From NCBI GenBank assembly GCA_016788785.1, contig JAEUSM010000015.1:45253-109252 (forward strand): a DNA stretch of 64,000 nucleotides, in the 5' to 3' direction. Below the pieces are notes generated by a model. That model was not told the origin of the DNA. It searched no databases and worked only from the letters and a program-made list of their open reading frames with translations. The translations under genes were made by a program, and so were the position numbers. This document shows, piece by piece, positions 20,801-30,736 of this stretch (within the stretch, counting starts at the first letter, position 1; the number at the start of each line of letters is the position of its first letter). The stretch is from Candidatus Kapaibacterium sp. (GTDB lineage: Bacteria > Bacteroidota > Ignavibacteria > Kapaibacteriales > JAEUSM01).

Positions 20801-22101
20801 CGGTACAAGAAAATCTTAATAACTGGGATGCATCTACACAAGGTTTCCGTTATGATAAAAACCAGTTGTTAGCTACTCCAATTGTATTACTTCCTGGTGA
20901 ATCAAGAACGTTCAATGTTGACTTCTGGAGTGCTACTCCTGGGGCTAAAACTGCTACTGTTCGTACAGTTTCTGATGCTCAAGATGATGTGAATAGTATT
21001 TGGAATGGTCAAGTAACGCAAGTACAAACTTCTGATATCGCTGCAACTGGTGGTTCAGTTGGTCCAATTTGTGTGAATTCTAATGGAATTGTTACATTTA
21101 CAATTACATCTACTGGTCAAACACCACTAAATGTTTCGAACTTAGTGTTAGGTCCTGATCCAGTTGGTGCATCGTTTACTTTTGTAACAGCTCCAAACTT
21201 CCCAATTTCTATTAATCCAGGACAATCTGAAACAATTCAAGTTAGATACAATCCAACACAAGTTGGTACTCATGCGACAACAGTTGAAATTACAAGTGAT
21301 GCTTTAAGCACCACAACGACTACAGTTAACCTTACTGGTACTTCTCAAAGTTTTGTGAGAAACTTTACAGTTGGAAGTTCTACAAGTAACGTAGAAATTG
21401 GAAGCAATGTAAATATTCCTATCAGATTAGATGCAGGTGCTGACATCGCATTGGCTGATGTGAAAGAAGTACAATTTACGTTGAATTACCAAAATGGTGA
21501 TGCAAGAATACTCAATACTGTTGAAGCAAATATCACATTGAATCCAGCTTTAAATGGTCAATGGGAACTTGTAAACAAAAATGTTAATTCTGCAGCAGGA
21601 GTTGCTACATTTACTTTGAGATCTTTAGGTGCAGCTTCTTTAAACAGCGTTGCTGGAACTGAAATTGCTAATGTAAATTTCTTGACAACACTTGATCGTG
21701 CTGTTCAAACCGTAACATTACGATTGACGGCAGCTTCAGTTGGAAATTCATGTATCACTTACACTACAACTGATGGAGTAGTGAACTTAAATCCTACGTG
21801 TGCATTGTCATATCGTGGTGTACAAGCAAGCGGCGTTTCATTTGCATTAGCAAATGTAAATCCAAACCCAGTTTCTGCTCAAGGAGCAGAGATTGACTTC
21901 AGTGTAGCCTTCACTGCTCCTACTGAAATCGTACTCTATAACACACAAGGACAAGTAGTGATGAAACTTGTTAACCAGACGTTGCAACCTGGACACTATA
22001 CTGTGTCTATGCCAACAGAAACGTTATCAAATGGCGTCTACTACTACAAAATGGTTTCTGGAACGTATTCTGCTACTAAAGAACTCGTAATTCAGAAGTA
22101 A
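17821..22101 (+). CDS. Giant secreted T9SS cargo protein, paralog 2 (1426 aa)
   Basis: Colinear with paralog 1 at roughly 75% amino-acid identity. Same N-terminal module, the near-identical block VPDKSKDGRLVLNFVDRRGNDTVIQI...FDICDEMVYFTELRAGVGNPQILAG, and the T9SS CTD ...YYYKMVSGTYSATKELVIQK. Confidence 0.75.
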   Translation: MFKLINRLITLVVIFTALMFTSLQAQTGKVDIKKIPTYLNSTNAGTEFYLTSIPALVEGWRPTDGWYLYIACGTKTQVTVENERAGTKRQFQTKPNDVIRVSFAANEAQPYVALGGGAALHPIEQVYAGQGIRVTSKAPIVCYFVTKIAFTSDGYLAIPTSGWGKEYNVSTYQAHNWSMAFSPPYNLASMTCIMAAYDNTRVFFTLVGNGITQTVGGQRIGQTRQFQMNKGDVLPIASSLIVGSTLAGSRIVATKPVGVLSGVQCADVPSDITACDHICEMELPMNTWGTEYHMTRNFGRQRGPFFQVFAKEPNTNIYVNGANVGFIGTKPQTNSPDWIEYNTHGTNWQGANGNFVISGDKPINVTMFNQGQSLDGIPQDPYQLVLSPLQQYQKQIIFATPGVGDAAGFSSNWLNLVYTLDANNQMPDHLEWGEKEGDNVKWTKLKDRFGGGASGVYQGTQDGKKWAVKNITLPGDGVYHVRAETPFMGYSYGLSTFESYGFPTSVALFDLSIPDTVNPDPKWLQLCNGDVVAQSGTGPATVVDMPDEDAVRSNLAFIWKDEANSFNYEFEYVDFVPGEDRRTTWTAYVPDKSKDGRLVLNFVDRRGNDTVIQITYTSQGTELRPSLLDFGFLKTGQNNTMRFHIVNTTVAPKTVNRIEMKTGGQGFTFVNLQLPVTVPANDSVAIDVIFNATVDGQFKDSVGFDICDEMVYFTELRAGVGNPQILAGQTPNLPCDAQFNQVTVNEVAQRDIRLSNPGNFPLTITGASAPTNSVYTTNLGTGALAYPIVINPGEFVNFTVFFTPTSTIAYTDSIVFQADANTPDPVATICGEGIQASLTVTGYNWGERRIDRPNRPKNYFGTIVLENKGTQSVSVTNLTTGDVNFTVNPNNAIQYPIVVQANSTRDVPVEFSPKTVGPHTYTVTASSNIGDRTSQLEGIGVLPTLTITPTVDFLSVEASNPTTATTRPVTITNNIYATDDTVTITDLIQSIPGSVQENLNNWDASTQGFRYDKNQLLATPIVLLPGESRTFNVDFWSATPGAKTATVRTVSDAQDDVNSIWNGQVTQVQTSDIAATGGSVGPICVNSNGIVTFTITSTGQTPLNVSNLVLGPDPVGASFTFVTAPNFPISINPGQSETIQVRYNPTQVGTHATTVEITSDALSTTTTTVNLTGTSQSFVRNFTVGSSTSNVEIGSNVNIPIRLDAGADIALADVKEVQFTLNYQNGDARILNTVEANITLNPALNGQWELVNKNVNSAAGVATFTLRSLGAASLNSVAGTEIANVNFLTTLDRAVQTVTLRLTAASVGNSCITYTTTDGVVNLNPTCALSYRGVQASGVSFALANVNPNPVSAQGAEIDFSVAFTAPTEIVLYNTQGQVVMKLVNQTLQPGHYTVSMPTETLSNGVYYYKMVSGTYSATKELVIQK

Positions 22102-22122
22102 TTTTGGCTTTCACAACCTTGA

Positions 22123-22163
22123 AAAAAGCTACTATCTCTCAGCAAGGTAGTAGCTTTTTTTAT
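22123..22163 (+). terminator. Intrinsic terminator after paralog 2
   Basis: AGCTACTAtctctcagcaaggTAGTAGCT followed by a T-run. Its stem sequence is related to the terminators at 17568 and 9909. Confidence 0.7.
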
Positions 22164-22217
22164 AGGTGAATCTCGTATACTATTTTTTCGTATTTTTGAT
22201 ATATTGATGCACTTTTT

Positions 22218-24383
22218 ATGGATTTTCAAATGAAACCAAGTACTTTTACCAATGTTTCAAATTCACTTATTATGATTTTCGTAGTTCTTTGTTGTTCTGT
22301 AGTTGTGTTTTCACAAAATGAACTAGATCAGACCATCAAAAAACTTCCTTCCTATCTTAATTCTTCTAACGCTGGAACAGAGTTCTATATTTCCGTACCA
22401 ACAGCAAAAATTGAAACTATATATCCAAATGATGGTTGCTATCTCTATATTTCAAGTCAATATCAGACTGAAGTTGAAATTACTAATGATGCTAAAGGTT
22501 CACGTCGGGTTATTCAAACCAAACCTAATGATGTAATGAAAGTGAAGATTCCAGAGAATGAAATTCAAGCTTATCTAAATCAACAAGGTACTAATAGTGG
22601 TCATAATCTTTCAGAAACAGTAATTCCCCTTCAAGCTTTACATATAGTTTCCAACGATCCCATAGTTGTCTATGGCTGTATTCGTTATTCATATACCTCA
22701 GATGCTTTTCTTGCAATACCGACTTCATCATGGGGACAAGAATATATTGTCAACACTTACAAAGCCCATGAGTGGTCTAAACCAGCGAATAATCTTGCAT
22801 CAATGACAACTATTGTTGCCGCATATGATAGCACAAAAGTGATATTTACTTTGAATGGAACTATTACTACCAATACAGTAGGAGGATTAACAACTGGACA
22901 ATCGAAATCATTGATGCTTAACAAAGGAGATGTTGTTCCTATTGCTAGTGGTATGTTAGGTTTAGATGCTACCTTAGCTGGTTCAAAGATTGTAGCAACA
23001 AAACCAATCGGTGTTTTTTCTGGTGTTCAGTGTGCAGATGTTCCTACAGATGTACCTTGGTGTGATTATTTAGTAGATATGGAACTTCCAACATCTGTTT
23101 GGGGAACTGAATATCATGTTACTAAGAATTTCAATAGAAATGCAGGACCATTATTTCAAGTTGTTGCAAAAGAACCTAATACTATTGTGTCAGTGAATGG
23201 AATTGTTGTTGATACATTAAGTGCTGTTGGAAATTCATCTATGGCAGAATGGACGGAATTAAATGCAAAAGGTGATATTTGGTTTGGTAATAATGGGAAT
23301 GTAGTTGTTAGTGCCGATAAACCCATTTCAGTAACTACTTTCAATCAAGGACAGTCTTTGGATAATATTCAAAACGATCCTTTCCAAGTGACTTGTTACC
23401 CGATTGATCAATATCGTAACGAAATAGTTTTTGCAACTCCCGGAATTGGAGATGGAGGGGGATTTAATCAGAATTTCATTAATGTCATTTATCCTGTCAA
23501 TAATCAAAATGAAATCCCTGATGATTTGCTTTTTGGTGAAGTAGATAGTAATGGAATTACATGGACTCCAGTAAAAAATAAATTTGGTAATCAACATAGC
23601 CAATTATTTTATGGGAATCAAAATGGCAAACAATATGCTGTAAAAAATATTCAATTAGCCAAAGAAGGTGTCTATCATTTACAGTGTTCAGAAGAAATAG
23701 GTTGTTATTCTTATGGAATGTCCAGTTTTGATTCGTATGGAATGCCATCCTTTGTTGGATTGAAAGATAATTCAATGGGTGATTTAGTAGCTCCAAATAT
23801 TGTATTTGAACAATATGTAAATGGAACGATTGGAGGAATTGAAAAGAATGAGTATGCAGAAGTAGTCGATAGAGCAACTACGCATAATAGTTATTCTAAT
23901 ATTGCAAAAGTGTTGATTCGCTCTGAATATACATCGAATTACTCTACAGAGCTGAAACCATTCGTTGCTGGTATTGACCGCTCAGCATTTTTCAAAGCCA
24001 ATGTCATTGATGTAACTAAAGATGCTCAATTGGTAGTTAGTACATTTGACAAAGCAGGTAATGATACAACAATAATAATAACCTACAAATCTTTGACTAC
24101 TTCTATTTCCGAAAAAGCATCAGACAAATTTATGAATGTATACCCATCAATTACTGATGGTGGTGTTGTTACAATTGAACTAACGCAAGGTTCAGCCAAT
24201 TCTTCAATGGTTTCAGTTGTTGGTATTGATGGAAAAGTCGTCAAATCATTTGACAATGTACTAAGTACAAATGGTGTTCAAACAATACAATTCATTACAT
24301 CTGAACTTCCTATCGGAATGTATTATGTTCTCTATTCAATGAATGGTCAACAATACCAAAAAAGTTTTGTAAAAATTAAATAA
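22218..24383 (+). CDS. Secreted T9SS cargo protein, paralog 3 (721 aa), which shares only the N-terminal module with paralogs 1 and 2
   Basis: KKLPSYLNSSNAGTEFYISVP...SGVQCADVPTDVPWCDYLVDMELPTSVWGTEYHVTKNF matches the paralog 1/2 N-terminus. It has a divergent T9SS-type CTD (...GMYYVLYSMNGQQYQKSFVKIK) and lacks the Ig-repeat body. Confidence 0.7.
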   Translation: MDFQMKPSTFTNVSNSLIMIFVVLCCSVVVFSQNELDQTIKKLPSYLNSSNAGTEFYISVPTAKIETIYPNDGCYLYISSQYQTEVEITNDAKGSRRVIQTKPNDVMKVKIPENEIQAYLNQQGTNSGHNLSETVIPLQALHIVSNDPIVVYGCIRYSYTSDAFLAIPTSSWGQEYIVNTYKAHEWSKPANNLASMTTIVAAYDSTKVIFTLNGTITTNTVGGLTTGQSKSLMLNKGDVVPIASGMLGLDATLAGSKIVATKPIGVFSGVQCADVPTDVPWCDYLVDMELPTSVWGTEYHVTKNFNRNAGPLFQVVAKEPNTIVSVNGIVVDTLSAVGNSSMAEWTELNAKGDIWFGNNGNVVVSADKPISVTTFNQGQSLDNIQNDPFQVTCYPIDQYRNEIVFATPGIGDGGGFNQNFINVIYPVNNQNEIPDDLLFGEVDSNGITWTPVKNKFGNQHSQLFYGNQNGKQYAVKNIQLAKEGVYHLQCSEEIGCYSYGMSSFDSYGMPSFVGLKDNSMGDLVAPNIVFEQYVNGTIGGIEKNEYAEVVDRATTHNSYSNIAKVLIRSEYTSNYSTELKPFVAGIDRSAFFKANVIDVTKDAQLVVSTFDKAGNDTTIIITYKSLTTSISEKASDKFMNVYPSITDGGVVTIELTQGSANSSMVSVVGIDGKVVKSFDNVLSTNGVQTIQFITSELPIGMYYVLYSMNGQQYQKSFVKIK

Positions 24384-24405
24384 AGTAAGGTATAATGAGT
24401 TTTTT

Positions 24406-24452
24406 GAGAAACAACTTTGTATAATTACATATAAAGTTGTTTCTTTTGTTTT
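24406..24452 (+). terminator. Intrinsic terminator after paralog 3
   Basis: GAGAAACAACTTTgtataattacatatAAAGTTGTTTC followed by TTTTGTTTT. Confidence 0.7.
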
Positions 24453-24665
24453 GTATTCGAAGTTACTTTGTTTATAAATAAAAAGAATAGGGTAAAATTA
24501 CATTCCTCAAATAATAACACTAACTAAATACCAATGAAATCCTGCAATCTAATATTCACTTTCTTTGCCTCAAATCGAAGAAATCCATAGAAAATTGCCA
24601 AAAATTTCGTATTTTTGAAGATAATGTGAATCCTTCACTGAAAAAAAAATAAACAAAACGAAATT

Positions 24666-27368
24666 ATGGATCAAAACGAGTCGATTCTTCCTGTTCTGAT
24701 GGAAGATGAAATGAAGTCTTCTTACCTTGATTATTCCATGTCTGTCATCGTATCTCGGGCACTCCCCGATATACGTGATGGTCTAAAACCAGTACACAGA
24801 CGCATTCTGTACGCTATGTCAGAATTGGGAATGGATCCAAGTAAACCACATAAAAAATCAGCGAGATTAGTTGGAGAGGTATTAGGGAAGTACCACCCTC
24901 ATGGAGATGGTGCTGTCTATGATGCGATGGTTCGTTTGGCTCAACCATGGTCAATGCGATACCCATTAGTTGATGGTCAAGGAAATTTTGGTTCCATTGA
25001 TGGTGACCCTCCAGCGGCAATGCGTTATACTGAGGTTCGATTAGCTCGTCCTGCATTGGATGTATTACGTGATATTGATAAAGGAACTGTAGATTTTCGT
25101 GGAAATTTTGACGATTCGTTAGAAGAACCAACTGTTTTGCCAACTGTATTGCCAACATTGTTAGTAAACGGTGCTGGTGGTATAGCGGTTGGTATGGCGA
25201 CAAATATTCCTCCACATAATCTTCGAGATATTTCGCGTGGTATCAAAGCAATCGTAGAAAATCCTGATGTTGATATAGATGAATTAATTAAAATAGTCAA
25301 AGCTCCAGATTTTCCAACTGGTGGAACCATTTATGGTTACTCAGGTGTCATTGATGCATACAAAACTGGTAGAGGTAAGGTTGTTATTCGTGCAAAATCG
25401 GTAGTAGAAACAACCAAAACTGGTAAAGAAACCATCGTTATCACGGAAATTCCTTACCAAGTTAATAAATCAACGTTAATCGAAAAAATCGCATTTTTAG
25501 TACGTTCAAAAGTGATTGAAGGAATAGCAGATATTCGTGATGAGTCGGATAGAGATGGTATGCGTCTTGTCATCGATTTGAAACGTGATGCGAACCCTCA
25601 GGTATTATTGAATAATCTCTATAAACATACCCAATTACAACAAACATTTGGTGTAATAATGCTTGCACTTCAAAATGGAAGACCAAAAATCTTCAATTTG
25701 AAGGAAATGATGAAAGCATATATTGATTTTCGTGTCAATGTAATCGTTCGTCGTTCAATGTTTGAATTGGATGTTGCAGAAAAACGTGCACACATTTTGG
25801 AAGGTTTCCTCAAAGTATTTGGTGGTGCAGAACTTGCGGGAGTAAAACAAGTTGCTGAAGACAGAGTAGATCAAATCGTTCAAACGATTAAATCAGCTGC
25901 AAATGTCAAAGAAGCATCGGAAAAACTCCAAACACAATTTGATTTATCTGAAATACAAGCCAAAGCAGTCTTAGAATTACGTTTACAACGTTTGACTGCG
26001 ATGGAGCGTGATAAAATTGTTGAAGAATACAACAAATTACGTGAGACTATTGCCCGTTTGAATTTCATTTTAGCTACTCCTTCTGAACAACTTCGCATTG
26101 CAATGGAAGAATTGGATGAGGTAGTACAAAAATATGGGGATGAACGCAGAACAGATATTTCTTTCGATGCTCATGATATGTCATTGGAAGATATGATTGA
26201 AAATGAGGATGTCATCATCACTGTTTCTCGTGAAGGTCTTATCAAACGTACACCTACCAAAACATACAGAACTCAAAACCGTGGTGGACGTGGAGTTTTA
26301 GGTGCTGGAACGCATGAAGAGGATTCCGTAGAACACATGTTCTATGCGAAAACGCACGATTATTTGATGTTCTTCACTGATAGAGGTAGATGTTATAGAA
26401 TTAAAATCTATGACCTTCCTGAAGGAAGTAGAACAGCAAAAGGGCGTTCACTTGCAAATGTGATTCAAAAGGATCCAGATGAAAAAGTAACAGCGTTTTT
26501 GGCAATTAAAGAGTTTGTTGATGACCATTTTATCTTCTTTACTACGCAAAAAGGGAAAGTAAAACGTGTACGACTTTCTGAATTTGAAAGCGTTCGTGTA
26601 ACAGGTAAAATTGCGATATCATTAGATGATGACGATAAATTGTTGGCAGTAAATCTAACGACTGGTTCATCACATATCATCATTGGAACACGCAATGGAA
26701 TGGCATGTCATTTCAAAGAAAAAGGCGTTCGTACAATGGGTAGAACAGCTGCAGGTGTACGTGGCATTCGTTTGGCAAAAGATGATATTGTTGTTGCAAT
26801 GGTTGTTGTGAATGACCCTGAAAAAGAACAAATATTAGTGGTTGCTGAATTAGGTTATGGAAAACGTTCACCTATTATTGTCGCTGATGATGATGTTTCT
26901 GATGGAGATATTGAGGATATAATAGAAGAGACAGTAGAAACTACTGACGAATCAACATCTGATGGTGATGGCGAAGAAGAAATGGAAGTTGATAACCGCA
27001 AATTCGTCTTCAGATTGACCAATCGAGGTGGAAAAGGTGTTCGTTCAATGAAAGTAACGGATAAAACAGGAAAGGTTGTTTCTATGCTTCCAGCAAATGA
27101 TGATTTAGATTTGATAGTTATTTCTGAAAATGGAATAATTATTAGACAAGAAATGAAAAAAATCAACATCATTGGTAGAAACACGCAAGGTGTTCGCCTA
27201 ATTCGTTTGGATGCTGGTGATAGAATTAGTGATATTACAACCATTCTTCATGAAGAAGAAGAGGAGATAATAGACGAAGCTAATGTTGTCGAAACAACTA
27301 TCCCAACATCTGAAAATCCTGAACCAACTCAAAATGTTGATGAAAATGACGATTCAGTTACTGAATAA
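24666..27368 (+). CDS. gyrA: DNA gyrase subunit A
   Basis: Active-site region [29 protein letters not shown], GyrA-box-like QNRGGRGV. The C-terminal domain carries acidic inserts and an acidic tail. Confidence 0.95.
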   Translation: MDQNESILPVLMEDEMKSSYLDYSMSVIVSRALPDIRDGLKPVHRRILYAMSELGMDPSKPHKKSARLVGEVLGKYHPHGDGAVYDAMVRLAQPWSMRYPLVDGQGNFGSIDGDPPAAMRYTEVRLARPALDVLRDIDKGTVDFRGNFDDSLEEPTVLPTVLPTLLVNGAGGIAVGMATNIPPHNLRDISRGIKAIVENPDVDIDELIKIVKAPDFPTGGTIYGYSGVIDAYKTGRGKVVIRAKSVVETTKTGKETIVITEIPYQVNKSTLIEKIAFLVRSKVIEGIADIRDESDRDGMRLVIDLKRDANPQVLLNNLYKHTQLQQTFGVIMLALQNGRPKIFNLKEMMKAYIDFRVNVIVRRSMFELDVAEKRAHILEGFLKVFGGAELAGVKQVAEDRVDQIVQTIKSAANVKEASEKLQTQFDLSEIQAKAVLELRLQRLTAMERDKIVEEYNKLRETIARLNFILATPSEQLRIAMEELDEVVQKYGDERRTDISFDAHDMSLEDMIENEDVIITVSREGLIKRTPTKTYRTQNRGGRGVLGAGTHEEDSVEHMFYAKTHDYLMFFTDRGRCYRIKIYDLPEGSRTAKGRSLANVIQKDPDEKVTAFLAIKEFVDDHFIFFTTQKGKVKRVRLSEFESVRVTGKIAISLDDDDKLLAVNLTTGSSHIIIGTRNGMACHFKEKGVRTMGRTAAGVRGIRLAKDDIVVAMVVVNDPEKEQILVVAELGYGKRSPIIVADDDVSDGDIEDIIEETVETTDESTSDGDGEEEMEVDNRKFVFRLTNRGGKGVRSMKVTDKTGKVVSMLPANDDLDLIVISENGIIIRQEMKKINIIGRNTQGVRLIRLDAGDRISDITTILHEEEEEIIDEANVVETTIPTSENPEPTQNVDENDDSVTE

Positions 27369-27384
27369 TCAACATTCATTACCA

Positions 27385-29376
27385 ATGAAAACTATTTCAT
27401 TACAAAGATTAACAAGGGCAGCAATACTGCCCTTCTTTGTTTTTATTTGTTTTGTAACAATGGGTATCCATGTTCAATCTCAAACGGATAGTCCTGATAG
27501 TACAAAAACAACAGTTTTGATTGACTCTTTGACAAAGAAAAAAATTGCTGATACAATTCCATTATTTACTCCACACTATAAACATGGATTGTTAAGTTTT
27601 TGGCAACAGAACAATATTTCTGTTTCAAAATACAACCTTCAATGGATAAATTATACCGCTGGTTCAGATATTGTTACCGAAACAACAAATTCGTTACCCC
27701 TACATTTGGGTAATTACGGACTTTGGAATACAAATTCATACTTTGGCAGTGGAATTTCTGACCAAACTGTTCGTTGGAATGGAAGATCTTTGGGAGGGAT
27801 TATTCAACCAACAATCCCATTGGATATTTTACCGATAGAATTTTTAGAAAATATTGAGATTGTTACAGGTGTTGATGCAGTTGCATATAGTGATAATGCC
27901 AGTGGTGCTCTCATCAATGCACAAGAAATTCGTTACAATACTGCAAAGCCGTATACTCGACTATGGTATTCACAAGGTGGGAATGATTATTTGGCTGCAG
28001 ATGGAATTTTTAGTCAAAATATAGCTCCAAATTTGAACCTGACCTTAGGATTTAGAAGAATGTCTTCAAGAGGTAGATTTACTTCTTCTGGAATTGATGC
28101 ATGGAATGTTAGATCGAAACTACAGTATACTCTTAGTAACCAAAGTGTCTTATCCTTTACCTATATGTTCACAAATCATGATATGGGTGCTTTTGGAGGA
28201 TTGAATACTCAAAATACAGATCAATTTACTTCTGAACCAGTCTATTCAGGTGCTAATACAGTGTTAAAACGAAATGATGCAACAATAACATTTAGTTCGT
28301 TTTTAAATGATGATACAACTACAAATTTAACCGCTTTACTATATTATTCAAACGCATTAACTGAACAGAAGAATCTACCATATTTTGATGGAGTTGATAT
28401 TGTTAATCTCTCGTACAAACAACAAGAAGCTATAGTTGGAACTTCAATTAGATATGAACAGTATTTAGTTCCAAAATATACATTGTTTGCAAATAGTCTT
28501 CAAATTGGTGGAGAAGTTGAACGAATTTCAACTAATCAGACGGTATATTTTGGAGAATTCTCTGGTTCAAAACTAAGTGGTTATGGTATCTTCAAACAAC
28601 ATCTTGGAGAAATGTATGTAAAAGCATCACTTCGAGCAACATTGATGAATGAAACAGTATCTCCATCATTTGGAGTTGGTGCTTTTTTACCATTTGGAAA
28701 AAACAATCTGTTAAAAGCTGAAGCAATCCAAAATACTAATCTGAGAAGTATTTTTGAACCTTCAGATCAAAGTGTCGTTAATACTGTATACTCTTTACAA
28801 TTACGATATACAGCAGATTCTTTAACGATAGAGCCTTATCTTTTCTTACGAAATTTCAGTTCAAAATATGATGCTTTTTTGGTGAAAAATCAATCTGAAA
28901 TACCATCTTCTATAGAATTTAGAGATAGTGAAAATAGAACGATGGCAGGGTTTGGTTTTAAATTCCAAAATTCTGTTTGGAGATTTTTCTATTCCGTCAA
29001 TGCTCAATATACTTATCAATCTTTTGATACATCCAATACTAAAATGTTGCCTATAATGTATGGATCGGCTGAAGTGTACTATCAACATCTTGCAGGTTCT
29101 TCAGTTGCAAGATTAGGGGTAAGAGTAAGAGGAAATTCTGAACTCAGGGGAATGATGTTTTCACCAATAGTGAATTCAATGGTTCGATATGATGATGCTA
29201 CAATGAATGGTGGATTTAACGGGATTGATTTGTATGCTTCAGCAAAGTTAGGTGATGCCTATGTTCGATTAACGTATATGAATTTGCTGAATCAAACGTT
29301 TGGATATATGCCCATTTACCCACAATTAGAGGGAAATTTTCGTATTTCAGTCGGTTGGGCATTTTTAGAACAATAG
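27385..29376 (+). CDS. TonB-dependent-receptor-like outer membrane protein (about 663 aa; start moved to the internal Met)
   Basis: Signal peptide MKTISLQRLTRAAILPFFVFICFV. Plug-like motif IEIVTGVDAVAYSDNASGALINAQE, then a long beta-rich region. The 5' part of the tracked ORF overlaps gyrA and has no signal peptide, so the ATG at 27385 is preferred. Confidence 0.5.
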   Translation: MKTISLQRLTRAAILPFFVFICFVTMGIHVQSQTDSPDSTKTTVLIDSLTKKKIADTIPLFTPHYKHGLLSFWQQNNISVSKYNLQWINYTAGSDIVTETTNSLPLHLGNYGLWNTNSYFGSGISDQTVRWNGRSLGGIIQPTIPLDILPIEFLENIEIVTGVDAVAYSDNASGALINAQEIRYNTAKPYTRLWYSQGGNDYLAADGIFSQNIAPNLNLTLGFRRMSSRGRFTSSGIDAWNVRSKLQYTLSNQSVLSFTYMFTNHDMGAFGGLNTQNTDQFTSEPVYSGANTVLKRNDATITFSSFLNDDTTTNLTALLYYSNALTEQKNLPYFDGVDIVNLSYKQQEAIVGTSIRYEQYLVPKYTLFANSLQIGGEVERISTNQTVYFGEFSGSKLSGYGIFKQHLGEMYVKASLRATLMNETVSPSFGVGAFLPFGKNNLLKAEAIQNTNLRSIFEPSDQSVVNTVYSLQLRYTADSLTIEPYLFLRNFSSKYDAFLVKNQSEIPSSIEFRDSENRTMAGFGFKFQNSVWRFFYSVNAQYTYQSFDTSNTKMLPIMYGSAEVYYQHLAGSSVARLGVRVRGNSELRGMMFSPIVNSMVRYDDATMNGGFNGIDLYASAKLGDAYVRLTYMNLLNQTFGYMPIYPQLEGNFRISVGWAFLEQ

Positions 29377-29380
29377 TATT

Positions 29381-30055
29381 CTATTGATATTCTATTGGGT
29401 CTTTTATACTTGCTTCACGAAAACCTCTCAAACGCAATCGACACGAATCACATTCACCACAAGCCTTTTCTGAATGGTCATAACAACTCCATGTAAATTG
29501 AAAAGGAACTTCGATACTATCACCAGTCAGAACAATTTCCTTTTTGTTCAAGTGCAATAATGGAGTGAGAATTTGAATAGTGGTTGTTGGTTTTGTTCCA
29601 GTATTGATAGTTTGTTGGAAAGCTTGGAAAAAAACTTCACGACAATCAGGATATCCGCTGCCATCTTCTTGAACAGCACCAATAAACACCGCACTTGCGT
29701 TGAGAACTTCCGCCCAACTTGTTGCTATAGCGAGAATATTCGCATTACGAAAAGGAACGTAAGTTTTTGGTATATCTACGTCAGAATGAAAGTTTTTTTC
29801 AACAGCAATTGTATGGTCAGTTAACGAAGAACCGCCAATAGATGTTAAGTAGCTAATATCTACGACAAGTTTTTTTTTGATGTTGAAATGTTCACAAATG
29901 TTATTGAAGGCTTGAAGTTCTTTATCTTGAGTTCTTTGACCATAATTCAAATGAAGAGCAGCTACTTCAAAGCCCATTTCTATGGCTAAACCTGTACAAA
30001 CTGCAGAGTCCATTCCACCAGAAAGTGTTACAACGGCTATTGGTTTTGTAGACAT
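29381..30055 (-). CDS. queC: 7-cyano-7-deazaguanine synthase
   Basis: PP-loop VVTLSGGMDSAVC and C-terminal zinc motif CGECDSCRLR. The ATG overlaps the trmD stop (TAATG). Confidence 0.85.
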   Translation of the reverse strand: MSTKPIAVVTLSGGMDSAVCTGLAIEMGFEVAALHLNYGQRTQDKELQAFNNICEHFNIKKKLVVDISYLTSIGGSSLTDHTIAVEKNFHSDVDIPKTYVPFRNANILAIATSWAEVLNASAVFIGAVQEDGSGYPDCREVFFQAFQQTINTGTKPTTTIQILTPLLHLNKKEIVLTGDSIEVPFQFTWSCYDHSEKACGECDSCRLRLRGFREASIKDPIEYQ

Positions 30056-30735
30056 TATTTTTTCTCCAATAAATCTGGACGACGAAGTTTTGTTTTCCCT
30101 AATGACTGTTGAAACTTCCATTCTTCAATAAGTTTATGATTGCCTGAAAGCAAAACAGAAGGAACTTCCATATCTCTATATGTAGCTGGTTTTGTATAAT
30201 AGGGGGCATCTAATAAGTTATCTTGAAAAGAATCAGAAAGCGATGATTCAGAGTCTGAAATTACACCAGGTATCAAACGAATTATTGCATCAGCTACAAT
30301 CAACGACGGTAATTCTCCACCTGTGAGTACATAATCTCCAATAGAAATTTCTTTTGTAACAAAAGTATCACGAACTCTTTGGTCAATCCCTTTATATCTT
30401 CCAGAAATTAACAGTAAATTTTTCGAAAGGGATAAGGTGTTTGCTAAAGTTTGTGTAAGTTGTTCACCATCTGGAGTCAAAAAGATAATCTCATCATACG
30501 TATGTAACGACTTGCAGTGTTCAATACATCGAAAAAGTGGATCTGGCGATAGAACCATTCCTGCACCACCACCATAAGGAGTGTCATCAATATGTTGGGT
30601 TTTCAATTGGGAAAAGTCGTGCAAATCATAAACTGAATATTCGCATAAACCTTTGTCAACAGCACGTTTCATCATTCCAGTTTGTAATACTGGAGAAACT
30701 ATATCAGGGAGTACTGTAATGAAATCTATACGCAT
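30055..30735 (-). CDS. trmD: tRNA (guanine37-N1)-methyltransferase
   Basis: MRIDFITVLPDI..., a typical TrmD/SPOUT sequence, 226 aa. Confidence 0.9.
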   Translation of the reverse strand: MRIDFITVLPDIVSPVLQTGMMKRAVDKGLCEYSVYDLHDFSQLKTQHIDDTPYGGGAGMVLSPDPLFRCIEHCKSLHTYDEIIFLTPDGEQLTQTLANTLSLSKNLLLISGRYKGIDQRVRDTFVTKEISIGDYVLTGGELPSLIVADAIIRLIPGVISDSESSLSDSFQDNLLDAPYYTKPATYRDMEVPSVLLSGNHKLIEEWKFQQSLGKTKLRRPDLLEKK

Positions 30736-30736
30736 A

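Noticed and set aside
27283-27384. The N-terminal 34 codons of tracked ORF 27283..29376, which overlap the gyrA 3' end.
   Set aside because: The extension has no signal peptide and overlaps gyrA. The internal Met at 27385 is followed by a canonical signal peptide and is the likely start.
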